A stretch of DNA of 64,000 bases from a virus. The stretch lies in IMG/VR virus record IMGVR_UViG_3300025174_000005; one strand, 5' to 3'. The notes below the pieces were generated by a model. It did no database searches. It was not told the origin of the DNA and saw only the letters and a list, made by a program, of their open reading frames with translations. A program made the translations under genes and the position numbers. Shown piece by piece: positions 9,234 to 19,495 of this stretch (its first letter is position 1; every line of letters begins with the position of its first letter).

Positions 9234-9554
9234 CTAAGCTCTCGCCCTTATCATAAGTTTTAACATACTATCTATTCTATCTAATCTACGAAAATTTTCA
9301 TCGTCTCTAGTAACTACAGTGGGTTGTAACCCTACATTAGCCAGCTGCTCAAGGTCACATATCGTACCTAACATTTCCTGATTTAGATCAAAGGAACTTA
9401 TCGCTCCTCTAAAGGAAAGGTTACGATAAAAGTTCTGGGGCCTAGGCAATACAACCGATGGAAATATCTGAGCAGTAAGCAATGCCCCATCATTATCAAT
9501 AGTCAGTTCCCATAGGAACCCAGCTGGACTTTCTAAAATGATAGTTTCAGACAT
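9234..9554 (-). CDS. Small structural protein: SP-G-W-DNDG module plus a paralogous N-terminal helix
   Basis: ILESPAGFLWELTIDNDGAL followed by FRGAISSFDLN...DLEQL, resembling the N-terminus of the 384-aa neighbour. Confidence 0.5.
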   Translation of the reverse strand: MSETIILESPAGFLWELTIDNDGALLTAQIFPSVVLPRPQNFYRNLSFRGAISSFDLNQEMLGTICDLEQLANVGLQPTVVTRDDENFRRLDRIDSMLKLMIRARA

Positions 9555-9557
9555 AGA

Positions 9558-11639
9558 TTATATTATTTCCTTTTCGTAACCCATAAGTAGTTGGTAACCA
9601 TATATTCTTGGGGTTATGTGTGGATTCTTAGGATCTCCTTGTAGGGTAGCTCTGATGTATATAGTATCGGGTGTCCCGCTGGGACGCTCGGCGTAACGCA
9701 CCAAGAGGGGTACTGTTGGGTAATGATTAATTACTAGGTTATTTCCATCGAGAGCAAACCTACCATTATCACTACGTGCTGTTTGGAAGAATAGCTCAGA
9801 AAGAGTTACTTTTGTTAATGATTCATCTTCTGCCTGCCATGTAATACGCCCATCAGATGTATATGGATCTAAGGTAGATGTCTCTATAAGCTTAGTAGTA
9901 CCTTGAGGTATATAAAATCCATTAGTAAGTATAGTAATTGTATTACGCCCAAGATTGAGCTTTAGAGATATAGACGCTGTACTATTACTATTTTGGGTAT
10001 TAATAGATATCTTTTTATCGTTGACATATATACTTGTCCTAAACATATCTTTAAATATAGGGAATGAAACTGGGAATACTAAGCGCTGAAGAGCTAATAG
10101 ATCTGCAAGTACTATATCTTTCTTAACATTTATGATAGCTGTAAATTTATGTAGTATGCGTTCCGTGGGGAATAATAATGCATCCTGCTCAACGATCTTC
10201 TCGTAGTAAGGAAAGTCTATGGCATTACGATGTTGATATCTAATAAGAACATCGCCTTTGGTATTGAGCCTATTCTTTAATCCACCTCGTAGATCTATAA
10301 AGTCAGTAAGGGTAGGGGGTTGGTCGGGTATGGATAATCGTTCAGAGAAAGCATATTGATATGATTCCACCTTCCAATAATCTATACCTCTAGTGACTCC
10401 TATGTAGTCTATATTCTTAAAATTAGTAGTTATATCTCCCGTACTTAGATCTACAGCAGTAGTAAGGATGCGATTCTTCGCATCAAAGAAACCCCATGAG
10501 GTAGGCGTAATATTTTGTGTAAGCTCTGGTTTTAAGAATGCTACGTGATTCTTACCTTGGATATCCAATCCCATCCAGTCTTTATTATTAAATGAATATG
10601 ACCAATGTGTTGTTGTCGCTCCAGGTTTTTCTTCTTGTGCTTGTAATCTAAACGTACCTAGGGGTATTACCTTATCACCTTCGATAAAGTTGTGTGTTGT
10701 GGTTGAAATGTGTGCTTCTGGGAGGTATTTAAGATAGAGTAAACTGATGTTTTGAAGACCAAAGTGAAACTTCTTAGAAGAGCCTATGGTGATATCAGGT
10801 TTCTTCTTTATCATCTGGATAGTAATAGACGATACAAGTATGGGTCCTATATCCCATGATATAGTTCTACTAATATCAACTTGCCTCTTAGCTAGGATAT
10901 TATCCTGATTAACTACTACGCCTATGATTGTTGTGTCGACTGAATGGGGACGTAGCTCTATCCTAGTAACTGTTTGAGGAGTGGGTAATTCAACTAGTAC
11001 CTCTGCTATAAGTACATCCTGATCCGTAGTAACTATACTGTGCCATGTGGTATTCTCACTATCATCAAGTAAATTTTCAAGAGGTGACTTGGTCTCTGCC
11101 TCAGAACTATTACTATAAGTTACGGTAATATTAGAGCCTCGTAAGTCTACCTTATTACTAAGAGAGTCATGGTAGTTAAGCTGTATACATCCTTCAGGTA
11201 AGTTAACAAAAGCATCTGTATTATTGGTATCTACAAATTCATCACTTCGTATTAAGCGCTGTATGACATGAGGAGGTGGCTGTATTATCTTAACCATAGA
11301 TTCTTTAATACCTAGAAGACGTAATCGTATGCGTTCTCTCCAAGTAGTTTTAATATCAAAGTCTTTGAGCATGTCATTAACTTGATTCTTTCCCTCTTCA
11401 TAGAGAGTACTAATATCCTCAACTACCGTAGATAAGAAGTAATTGAGCGTAATAGGATTACTAACTGACCTGCGTTTTATTTTAAAGAACTTAGTTAATG
11501 GACTACCTAAAATAGTATTGCCAATTGACTTAATGAGTCCGCCAAAGAAAGCTTGTACCGAAGGGAAATGTCCTCCTTGTAAAAGTTTGGTTAATACTTT
11601 ATTAGATAGTCTTTCTAGTTGTATGCGTCTTATACTCAT
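9558..11639 (-). CDS. Baseplate/tail structural protein (paralog family member)
   Basis: Same domain order as the 878-aa gene (coiled coil; ENLLDDSENTTWH; FHFGLQNI; terminal TPRIYGYQL). Confidence 0.6.
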   Translation of the reverse strand: MSIRRIQLERLSNKVLTKLLQGGHFPSVQAFFGGLIKSIGNTILGSPLTKFFKIKRRSVSNPITLNYFLSTVVEDISTLYEEGKNQVNDMLKDFDIKTTWRERIRLRLLGIKESMVKIIQPPPHVIQRLIRSDEFVDTNNTDAFVNLPEGCIQLNYHDSLSNKVDLRGSNITVTYSNSSEAETKSPLENLLDDSENTTWHSIVTTDQDVLIAEVLVELPTPQTVTRIELRPHSVDTTIIGVVVNQDNILAKRQVDISRTISWDIGPILVSSITIQMIKKKPDITIGSSKKFHFGLQNISLLYLKYLPEAHISTTTHNFIEGDKVIPLGTFRLQAQEEKPGATTTHWSYSFNNKDWMGLDIQGKNHVAFLKPELTQNITPTSWGFFDAKNRILTTAVDLSTGDITTNFKNIDYIGVTRGIDYWKVESYQYAFSERLSIPDQPPTLTDFIDLRGGLKNRLNTKGDVLIRYQHRNAIDFPYYEKIVEQDALLFPTERILHKFTAIINVKKDIVLADLLALQRLVFPVSFPIFKDMFRTSIYVNDKKISINTQNSNSTASISLKLNLGRNTITILTNGFYIPQGTTKLIETSTLDPYTSDGRITWQAEDESLTKVTLSELFFQTARSDNGRFALDGNNLVINHYPTVPLLVRYAERPSGTPDTIYIRATLQGDPKNPHITPRIYGYQLLMGYEKEII

Positions 11640-11640
11640 G

Positions 11641-12741
11641 TTAAAGTTCTGTATCTCCTTCTAGTAGAAGCCTATATCCATTAAGAATAGGTGTTAGGTT
11701 CTCTTGGTCGCTAGGTCGCGTAATCACTGCCATAAATTTAATTTCAAAAGCCTTATTATCTTGGGTCATGATACTGCCTAATTTAGTAGGATCTGCGCCT
11801 TCTGGAAGTTCTTGATTGATAATATATTTTCTGGGTACACTAGCAAATACATGACTCTTAGGTGCTATCCTATACCAACTCTGTCCTCCATCCATACTTA
11901 TGGAGTACTGTATCCACTCTGTTGTTCTATCAAAAGAGGGAGCTAATTTCTCGGAAGGTATATTTTCTGATACAACTAATCGAACTGTTCTAATATTAAA
12001 TGGTGTTATAAAGTTGGATGACACCATTTGAGATTGAGCCGCATATCTTTCAGATAGTATTGATATATCTCTGAGAGCTATAGCATATCTCCAGCCTTCA
12101 AATGATTCTAAGAAGGGACCAAGGACTTCTGTGGTGGTTTGTACGGTCTTTTTTGTCTTACCAAAAAGCCCCCCTATTGCTCCAAGAACACCACTGATGA
12201 TTGGTAGGGCTGTGCCCACTGCACCCAAAGCACCTCCCAATCCTCCTAATCCACCAATTCCAGGTATACCTATTGTCCCTGAACCTAAGATGCCAGATAA
12301 GCCTCCTCCACCTAATCCAGGAACAACTCCGCCTATAACGCTACCTAGAGCACCACCCGCAGATGGACCTATAAAGGATGATAGTCCTCCAGCTCCCAGT
12401 ATATTAGAACCCATGCCTCCGCCAAATATACTACCTAGATTACCTAGGCCACCTATATTGCCAAGCAATTGCTGAGGATTAACTAACTGAGTAAGAGATC
12501 CTAGAGGATTAGACGCCATACTACCAAGTCCAGGTAATCCCGTAAGACCAGAAGCTATGTTGGTTAACGAAGGAGATAGCGATGAAAGAATGGGATTATT
12601 TATGGACGCTAGAGCTGGTGTTGCTGCACCTATGCTCTGTCCATATAATATCTCCAGTGAGGGATCTGGGCCTGGAATGCGCCGTTCGGTAACACTCACT
12701 GATTGCTTAACTTTTGGCTTACCACCAAAGATGCCGCCCAT
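11641..12741 (-). CDS. C-terminal half of a split baseplate paralog with a Gly-rich insert
   Basis: About 190-aa Gly/Leu/Ser-rich segment, then WRYAIALRDI...IQYSISMDGGQSWYRIAP...TPILNGYRL, matching the C-half of the 878-aa paralog. Confidence 0.6.
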   Translation of the reverse strand: MGGIFGGKPKVKQSVSVTERRIPGPDPSLEILYGQSIGAATPALASINNPILSSLSPSLTNIASGLTGLPGLGSMASNPLGSLTQLVNPQQLLGNIGGLGNLGSIFGGGMGSNILGAGGLSSFIGPSAGGALGSVIGGVVPGLGGGGLSGILGSGTIGIPGIGGLGGLGGALGAVGTALPIISGVLGAIGGLFGKTKKTVQTTTEVLGPFLESFEGWRYAIALRDISILSERYAAQSQMVSSNFITPFNIRTVRLVVSENIPSEKLAPSFDRTTEWIQYSISMDGGQSWYRIAPKSHVFASVPRKYIINQELPEGADPTKLGSIMTQDNKAFEIKFMAVITRPSDQENLTPILNGYRLLLEGDTEL

Positions 12742-12743
12742 GT

Positions 12744-14258
12744 TTAAAATAATCCTGTCTTAACTTTAGTTGTAACTGTTGTATCTCTTTGTATCCAATA
12801 TATGTGTCCTATGCGCGTAGGATAGGACTGTGGTTGCTCTAAAAGTATTCGTATATATCTCACTGGTCTAGGTTCAAATATAATCGTATCTTGCTCTGTA
12901 GTTTCAGGTGTAATATTCTCATTTAGATCTATAAGCGTAGGATTAAATGAGGACTCTCTCGTTACTGTCCTCCACTCCCATGTAGTTCCAGCAAACTTAG
13001 CTGTCTCTGGATCGGGAGCTACCTGTATAGATATAATACGAGGAGCTCTGCCGTTAATTATCTTAGGTAATATAGATATGCGATTAAGTATACGTTCTTG
13101 TTGAAGAACTACTTTAATACCTAGTCTTAATGGCTTTCCTGTCTGGGGCGCACCAGGAACACATTGATTCTTAGGTGCGTTGGCTAATGGCATAGAAGGT
13201 ATTATATTTGATGATACATCTGATATGTTGGTATCTTGTATGAGTCTTCTGTCTTGAATACTCTGTGTGAATATGTTTTCAGGAGCAGACTTATGTATGT
13301 CTGGGGGATTAACTTGTTGAGGATCAAATACAATGGAACCAAGATGACTATCTGTGAAATCATCCCAATGAATATACTTCGTGCTACCTTCGTCACCTAA
13401 TGTAAATGAGAATCCGTAGCACATAGCGGGATCTGCCTTAAGAGATGGCTTAACATTCACCACCTCATACTCATACCATGTAGTAGGGTCTTTATCAATA
13501 ATATTTAGTATATTATTGTGAAGATCTTCTTCTCCAACAAAACTTATGTTGCTTGAGAAAGAACCACTATCCTTACTTACTGTTGTATTAACTTCATGTG
13601 TATTACCAGGGAAGCCATTGCTTCTAAATGTTATACTGCCCTTAGGAGGACCAGCTTCTAACATGGGTTTCACAGAAGGATTAAGTGCAAGATCTACAAC
13701 TGAGTTATCAACTGCCAATACAACCTCATCTGTGTAGTCACTAAAACCTTGTTTGGCAAGCATAGCTCCACCATTTTCGATTACACCTGTGGACTCTGCC
13801 TTATCTACCCTACTATCATCGTTGAAGTCATCACCAACAAAGAACTTAATCATACTACCTGCACTCGATTTAGGTGTAGAATATATAGTTACATCATTTT
13901 CTATCTTTGTATGAAGAGCTATGAGGTAATCATTCTCTACATTATGTAGTGCAAATAATTCATCTAATGTATGAGTAATAGTAAAATGCTCTTTAAAGAG
14001 AAGATTAATATCTAATCGCATTTGTTCTTGTAGGGTATTTATATCTTCTGCAATAGGCATACCTACAAAGAAATGATCTTCGATCCTTGGTTGTCCTATG
14101 TTTGTGTAGTAACTATCTATAGACTGTATTAATACTTGAAGTATGGATAGTTGTGTTTGTAGATCTTTACCAAAAGCTAATTTAAGGGCTTCTATGATAT
14201 CGTTGCCCTGCTCATTAGCTATAATTGATTGTATTTGATATAGAGATGGATTAGCCAT
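12744..14258 (-). CDS. N-terminal half of a split baseplate paralog
   Basis: DINLLF coiled coil, GDDFNDDSRVD, NIIDKDPTTWYE, RYIRILLEQP match the N-half of the 878-aa and 693-aa paralogs. Confidence 0.6.
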   Translation of the reverse strand: MANPSLYQIQSIIANEQGNDIIEALKLAFGKDLQTQLSILQVLIQSIDSYYTNIGQPRIEDHFFVGMPIAEDINTLQEQMRLDINLLFKEHFTITHTLDELFALHNVENDYLIALHTKIENDVTIYSTPKSSAGSMIKFFVGDDFNDDSRVDKAESTGVIENGGAMLAKQGFSDYTDEVVLAVDNSVVDLALNPSVKPMLEAGPPKGSITFRSNGFPGNTHEVNTTVSKDSGSFSSNISFVGEEDLHNNILNIIDKDPTTWYEYEVVNVKPSLKADPAMCYGFSFTLGDEGSTKYIHWDDFTDSHLGSIVFDPQQVNPPDIHKSAPENIFTQSIQDRRLIQDTNISDVSSNIIPSMPLANAPKNQCVPGAPQTGKPLRLGIKVVLQQERILNRISILPKIINGRAPRIISIQVAPDPETAKFAGTTWEWRTVTRESSFNPTLIDLNENITPETTEQDTIIFEPRPVRYIRILLEQPQSYPTRIGHIYWIQRDTTVTTKVKTGLF

Positions 14259-14268
14259 TTGTATTTCC

Positions 14269-16905
14269 TTAAGCTGACACTATGTTTATAGTAATTGGTG
14301 TTGTAAATTTAGCCTCCGCTGAGGCTGGAGGCACACCTGTCCAATTCTCGTTCTCAGTCCAATCTACGGGATATTTAGATATAATTAACATATTAACAAT
14401 TGAAGGTAGAGTAGATGTAGTAATCATCAAACCTAAGGACATAGACTGTCCTACGTTTAATGTCCTACTCATGCTACCGCTAATATTTGGAACTACTCCA
14501 CTAACAATTACTGGATCTATACCATCTATAAACTGATTAAGACCTAAGTCGTCTACTAATATTATAGAACTTACATTAGTTAGCCCTGTAATTTTAAATG
14601 TATACGTATCTGGAGCGTTACCCGCATTTATAATACGTAAGAACTTAGTTATAGAAGGAGTTGTGGTTTCATATACAAGAGATGTACTAGGTATAACCTG
14701 AGCACCTCCCCATATATTTCCAAGAGATCCTTCTTGTTCTTCGCTTGAGATATTCCCTTCTCTTGCAACAAGCATATATGCAAATACCTTAGGCGTAATA
14801 GAAGTGTCGTTTACGTGTCTACGCATCCTAACGCGTATTCGTAGATTATCTATTGCTCTATCATAGTTAACTCTTATCTTAGCTGTTGGATCTAGCGAAG
14901 CATTAAGTACTAGTCTATTGGCTAGGTGTATATATCCTAGCTCTCCAACTTCTCTATCATATTCTGGTAGTGTAACATCTGATACTGCTATATAATCTGT
15001 TTCGTTATATACAAACGGTATCTCTACATCTGATTTCTTAGTAGTATCTTGTGTAATCTTTTGTATTGTTGTATCTATGCCATCGATGATTACTGGTAAA
15101 TTAGCGTTATCTACCATAACTTGTACGGGTACATAATCACCGCTATCTACCTTACCATTAGGGTTGTATCCAGAAGATATTAATCCATGATTAACATATG
15201 GTTCTCTCTTAAGCTGTAAGATTTGATTACGATCTGTTCCGCCTGTAATTACCTCAGTTGTATGTTTTATCTTATCTATCTCTGTACCAAATACTAGGTC
15301 AGCAAATCTAGATACATCATCTGGTATATATTGAATAACATATTCTTGGTCTGCTACTATGTTGGCTGATGTAATAGTAGTTCGATCATATGCATCTATA
15401 TTTATAGTATTACCAGAGGTGTCCCACACTTGCATAACCGTCTTAATAAATAAGCGAGGCAGTAATTTACCAGGAGCAATACCTGTTTGCTGTTCGTAGA
15501 TAAATGCCTTATTAATGGGAGCAATTGGATAGAACGGATTACCATCATCAAAGGTAATATCGTACTCTATAGTTGCCTTGGGAAAACCATTGTTGTCTAG
15601 AGGTATATCTTCCTTAGTAAATAAAGCACCCTGTATTACATTACGTATCGTTTCATAGGGTCTAGAGACTATAACGCTATCACTAGCATATACTCTATGC
15701 CATACTCTTAGATCGTGTATGCCATATACGTAAACATATTGTATATATGGCACTACTTGACTAGTGGTTGGCTTAATAGCCTCTAAGGCCAAGTCAAATG
15801 TGTCTTCTATTGTTTTACCAAGTTGTAATTTAGGCGTACCAACGATAGGGTGTTCACCTATTATCTGTCTCCATAGTGTTGTCTGACGCTTTTGATCGTC
15901 AGTAATCAAGAAGACATCTTTTCTAAAGTGAGGTTGATGTAGGATTATATTGAGATATTGTACTCCATCTACTGATGGAAAATTAAAAGTAGTAGTTTGA
16001 TTAATATATTCTTGACCTATATAAACATATTTAATTAGTTGTCCTGCTGCATCTAATGCAGCTATCCCCATAATACGCACAGGATACTCTGTAAATGGAG
16101 CTATTTGAATAGTATTAAGTATCTGCATGTTTTTAAACTCTATTTGTAGTACGGCTACCGCACCACGGTCAATAGTTACATCATTATTATTAAATTGTGG
16201 GTAATTATATTTCTCTGTTAGATTAACATACAAGCTTATAGGTTCTTCAGTTACGGCAACTTCTCCCCAGAAATTATCTGTTGAATTATCTATGGCATTC
16301 TTAGGTTCACGTAACGATTGAAATACTTTAGATACATAGCCGTACTGATCTATAACCTTGACATTAGCTATGTTGATTTCATCTACTGGAGCATGTATTC
16401 TATCAAATTCATTAACTACTTGTAGGGTTACTATTTGTTCATCAACATTAACAGTCCCCTTACGATCAGTTGTATTATACCAAATATCACTATCTTCTAC
16501 TTTGGTATTGTCTGCAAATGTTTCATGAAATGCTAATGAGTATCCTTCTCTAGCTGCCCATTGTCTGAAATATCCTTCTTCGACTAGGTTCTCTAAGCGA
16601 GTAAGATCACGCTCCAGATTAAGGAGCGTATCACTACCTAAACGCTCAAGAGTAGTAATTTTGCCTCGTAAAAAGTTAGATGACGCAAATAGAGATTTAA
16701 TATCCACAGCAGTTGTTGACATTAAACCATTCATTGCTTCTGAAGATAGGCGTGTTATCTCGGTAGAAGATATTTTCGTTATGGTGATCGTGGGATTCTC
16801 TGATTGAAGAGGGATTGAAATAGCTGTATCTAACGAGAATGCTAAATCTATCTCGTTAGCTTGGAATTTAGGTATGATAGTTTTGTATTGATCTAATATG
16901 GACAT
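14269..16905 (-). CDS. Large baseplate/tail structural protein (paralog family member)
   Basis: 878 aa; HETFADNTKVE, PKNAIDNSTDNFWGE, YVYGIHDL, TPKVFAYML; extra C-terminal Ig-like domain (NAGNAPDTYTF). Confidence 0.6.
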   Translation of the reverse strand: MSILDQYKTIIPKFQANEIDLAFSLDTAISIPLQSENPTITITKISSTEITRLSSEAMNGLMSTTAVDIKSLFASSNFLRGKITTLERLGSDTLLNLERDLTRLENLVEEGYFRQWAAREGYSLAFHETFADNTKVEDSDIWYNTTDRKGTVNVDEQIVTLQVVNEFDRIHAPVDEINIANVKVIDQYGYVSKVFQSLREPKNAIDNSTDNFWGEVAVTEEPISLYVNLTEKYNYPQFNNNDVTIDRGAVAVLQIEFKNMQILNTIQIAPFTEYPVRIMGIAALDAAGQLIKYVYIGQEYINQTTTFNFPSVDGVQYLNIILHQPHFRKDVFLITDDQKRQTTLWRQIIGEHPIVGTPKLQLGKTIEDTFDLALEAIKPTTSQVVPYIQYVYVYGIHDLRVWHRVYASDSVIVSRPYETIRNVIQGALFTKEDIPLDNNGFPKATIEYDITFDDGNPFYPIAPINKAFIYEQQTGIAPGKLLPRLFIKTVMQVWDTSGNTINIDAYDRTTITSANIVADQEYVIQYIPDDVSRFADLVFGTEIDKIKHTTEVITGGTDRNQILQLKREPYVNHGLISSGYNPNGKVDSGDYVPVQVMVDNANLPVIIDGIDTTIQKITQDTTKKSDVEIPFVYNETDYIAVSDVTLPEYDREVGELGYIHLANRLVLNASLDPTAKIRVNYDRAIDNLRIRVRMRRHVNDTSITPKVFAYMLVAREGNISSEEQEGSLGNIWGGAQVIPSTSLVYETTTPSITKFLRIINAGNAPDTYTFKITGLTNVSSIILVDDLGLNQFIDGIDPVIVSGVVPNISGSMSRTLNVGQSMSLGLMITTSTLPSIVNMLIISKYPVDWTENENWTGVPPASAEAKFTTPITINIVSA

Positions 16906-16915
16906 ATCTTTATCT

Positions 16916-16944
16916 AGTATAGCATATTAAAATGCCGATTTCAA
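16916..16944 (-). promoter_or_regulatory. sigma70/sigmaA-type promoter, nearly leaderless
   Basis: TTGAAA, 17-nt spacer, TATACT with extended TG; ATG 16905 lies 10 nt after the -10 box and has no SD. Confidence 0.6.
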
Positions 16945-18606
16945 TTCGGGTTCTAGGAGAGTACCTGACGTTTTAGTTAGTAAGGGATATGTTCCAGCTG
17001 CTTTCCACTTATTGGCAATAGACAATATATAGTCTCTTGAGAAATTCTGTGTATTAACATCTACAACAAAAGAACCGTGCATAGGAAATGGATCCCCATC
17101 AAAGAAGTGTATATCCCAATACATGCGTGCATCTTTAGGCAGCTGTACTCGTTCATTTATTCCACCACCACGAGACCTAGTATCTATCACAATAGGGTCT
17201 TGTATTTGGTATTGCAATCTAACTTGGGCAATCTCAACATCCTTATTGTAATCAGCCCATAGTACATTAGTTATATTACCTACTTGGTGCCACATCATCT
17301 TACGTGTTGCGTCATAATACAGATGGATAGTGTTGTTAATTAACTTCCATGTAGGTTCTTGGATACCACCTGCTTGGGAGGTGGATGGTTGTTCTAATTG
17401 TTTTAACCATAAGTCTGTAAATGTATGTTGTGAATTAAGATTAACATCTAGGTGTATAAATTGTCCTGACATGTCTATGTACCCACGATAATCTAAATAG
17501 TCTTCCAGGTATGAATACGTAACCTTAATATGATCTTCTGGACTTAGAAATATTCTAGATAATTCTATAACACCATTAGCTCCGTCTATATCTTTAATCT
17601 TAATCTCGGGAACGACAACACCATTACGAGTTACTGTAATAGGGAAGTCTGGATCAATCAATATGTTAAGGTGTGCTACTTGTATTTTATGTTCTGTAAT
17701 AACAGAAGATTCTTCTTCTATGGATTTCATAATGGGCACGTAAGCATTAAAGTTTTGTTTGTAATAATCTGTATTCCAAAAGCTACCATCACTTAGTTGT
17801 CCCCTACGTATGCGTACATACCATGTATTAAATGGATCTCTGGTAATAGGAGATAGGGTAAATATCTGAGGGCCATTAATAACCTTAGCTGCGTATGTTT
17901 TAGTCGTATCAAATACTTGTACAGCAAATCCATGTCCGACACGTATTAATTGTACTGCATTCTCATCAGCATACTTAGCTATAAAGAAAGATGGCCTAAC
18001 ATTAAGTAATTCTTCATATCCAAACTTAGGCTTGTTCTTAATACTATCCCATGGATTATAACGCACCTTAAATCTGGTACCTTCACTACCTGTAAAGTTT
18101 GTATAAACAACTGGTTGCATTAAATTAGGTGCCTCAGGGATAGATACTAATGGTTCTAAGGTGAATTTGTATAAGTATCCAGGTGGTAATGGATCCCCAC
18201 CCTCCATCACAACAGATGCGGGATGTTGCTTAAAAAAATCTTCTTCACTATTAACCTGAACTAGTTGTCTGGTTTTATATTTATAATAAAGAGGTAATCC
18301 ACTTTGATGAAATATATTTGTAACTAGTATGTTTTCTGATTTGAATATTACTTCTCCACCTAATGGTGTAGATAATATGCCATCTATCACTTCAAGATTG
18401 ATGTTTTCATATCCATAGTTATTTTTCTCATCAGCACGTAATAGATCAAGTACTTCTACTGAGGATGGAAGAATAGGAGGAATAGATATGTAAGCTAAAT
18501 TAACTGCATTGATAGGAGAAATATTACCAAACTTAGCACGCACACCTAGTGTGCGTGCGCCATAAACATCTAGGCCGTATCTTGCGATATCATAGGAGTT
18601 TCCCAT
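16927..18606 (-). CDS. Baseplate wedge/tail structural protein
   Basis: 559 aa, beta-rich, within the baseplate module; C-terminal DTRSRGGG...KWKAAGTYP. Confidence 0.5.
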   Translation of the reverse strand: MGNSYDIARYGLDVYGARTLGVRAKFGNISPINAVNLAYISIPPILPSSVEVLDLLRADEKNNYGYENINLEVIDGILSTPLGGEVIFKSENILVTNIFHQSGLPLYYKYKTRQLVQVNSEEDFFKQHPASVVMEGGDPLPPGYLYKFTLEPLVSIPEAPNLMQPVVYTNFTGSEGTRFKVRYNPWDSIKNKPKFGYEELLNVRPSFFIAKYADENAVQLIRVGHGFAVQVFDTTKTYAAKVINGPQIFTLSPITRDPFNTWYVRIRRGQLSDGSFWNTDYYKQNFNAYVPIMKSIEEESSVITEHKIQVAHLNILIDPDFPITVTRNGVVVPEIKIKDIDGANGVIELSRIFLSPEDHIKVTYSYLEDYLDYRGYIDMSGQFIHLDVNLNSQHTFTDLWLKQLEQPSTSQAGGIQEPTWKLINNTIHLYYDATRKMMWHQVGNITNVLWADYNKDVEIAQVRLQYQIQDPIVIDTRSRGGGINERVQLPKDARMYWDIHFFDGDPFPMHGSFVVDVNTQNFSRDYILSIANKWKAAGTYPLLTKTSGTLLEPELKSAF

Positions 18607-18615
18607 ATTTTAATA

Positions 18616-19494
18616 TTAACCTAATGCGAGGTAATAGTAGGTATTGCTAAAGTTATTGAGAATCTGAGGGTATTGAAAGGTTGTAAAATCAGAAAGCGTA
18701 AACCCATTGGTAGTTAGAGTTAGATCACTGGACGTGCTATGTGTAGTGCCTTCAATAGCAAACCCTGATGGTGAATCTGTTATAAATACCATATCATGAC
18801 TTCTAGATCCTGCATTATTAAAAATTGCAACTAATTTAGGTGTAAATGATAAACTAATAGTTCTAGGGTATACGTTATTTCCTGCATATGAACCAGATGT
18901 AAATTTAAGAGCATCAGGCGCAGGTATTAAACCTACAACATCTGCCATGATTTCAGACAAATGCTTGCCATCTAATTTATCTACGTCAGCACCAGAGTTG
19001 TTGGTGGTGTGTCCACTTATTAAACTCATCACAACATTACCACTCGCAAGTACTACATCACCATTGGCTCGTAATCCATTGCCGCCTGTAGATATTGCTG
19101 TAACACCAGGATTTACAGTAGCTGTAGAGTTGATAGTAACTATACCAGTACCAGCAGTTGGGTTAATTGTAATATTGGTACCAGCTACGATTTGTGTTAC
19201 GCCTGTGCCACCTGGCCCAGGACCACCAACTGGGATTCTACTAAGTAGATCATTGTAAAGTCTACATAATTCTTCTTCTAACTTATCTATTCGCTTCTTT
19301 ACTGTGCGTGGACTAATTTGTTCTACACATACCGCAGTAGGGTTCTGATCCATAGGACGAACGCCTAATGTCTTTTGTATCTTAAGAAGAGCATCCTCTA
19401 GGTGATTAACATGATCTGCCATCACCTTGTCGATATCATCTTGACGCGCTATAAAGCCAGGATCTATATTATCAGGATAATTAGAAGTTGACAT
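18616..19494 (-). CDS. Tail fibre-like protein
   Basis: N-terminal 'YPDNID...DKVMADHVNHLEDAL..IQKTLG' fibre head, 'VTQIVAGTNITI' and 'DVDKLDGKH' fibre repeats. Confidence 0.65.
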   Translation of the reverse strand: MSTSNYPDNIDPGFIARQDDIDKVMADHVNHLEDALLKIQKTLGVRPMDQNPTAVCVEQISPRTVKKRIDKLEEELCRLYNDLLSRIPVGGPGPGGTGVTQIVAGTNITINPTAGTGIVTINSTATVNPGVTAISTGGNGLRANGDVVLASGNVVMSLISGHTTNNSGADVDKLDGKHLSEIMADVVGLIPAPDALKFTSGSYAGNNVYPRTISLSFTPKLVAIFNNAGSRSHDMVFITDSPSGFAIEGTTHSTSSDLTLTTNGFTLSDFTTFQYPQILNNFSNTYYYLALG

Positions 19495-19495
19495 A

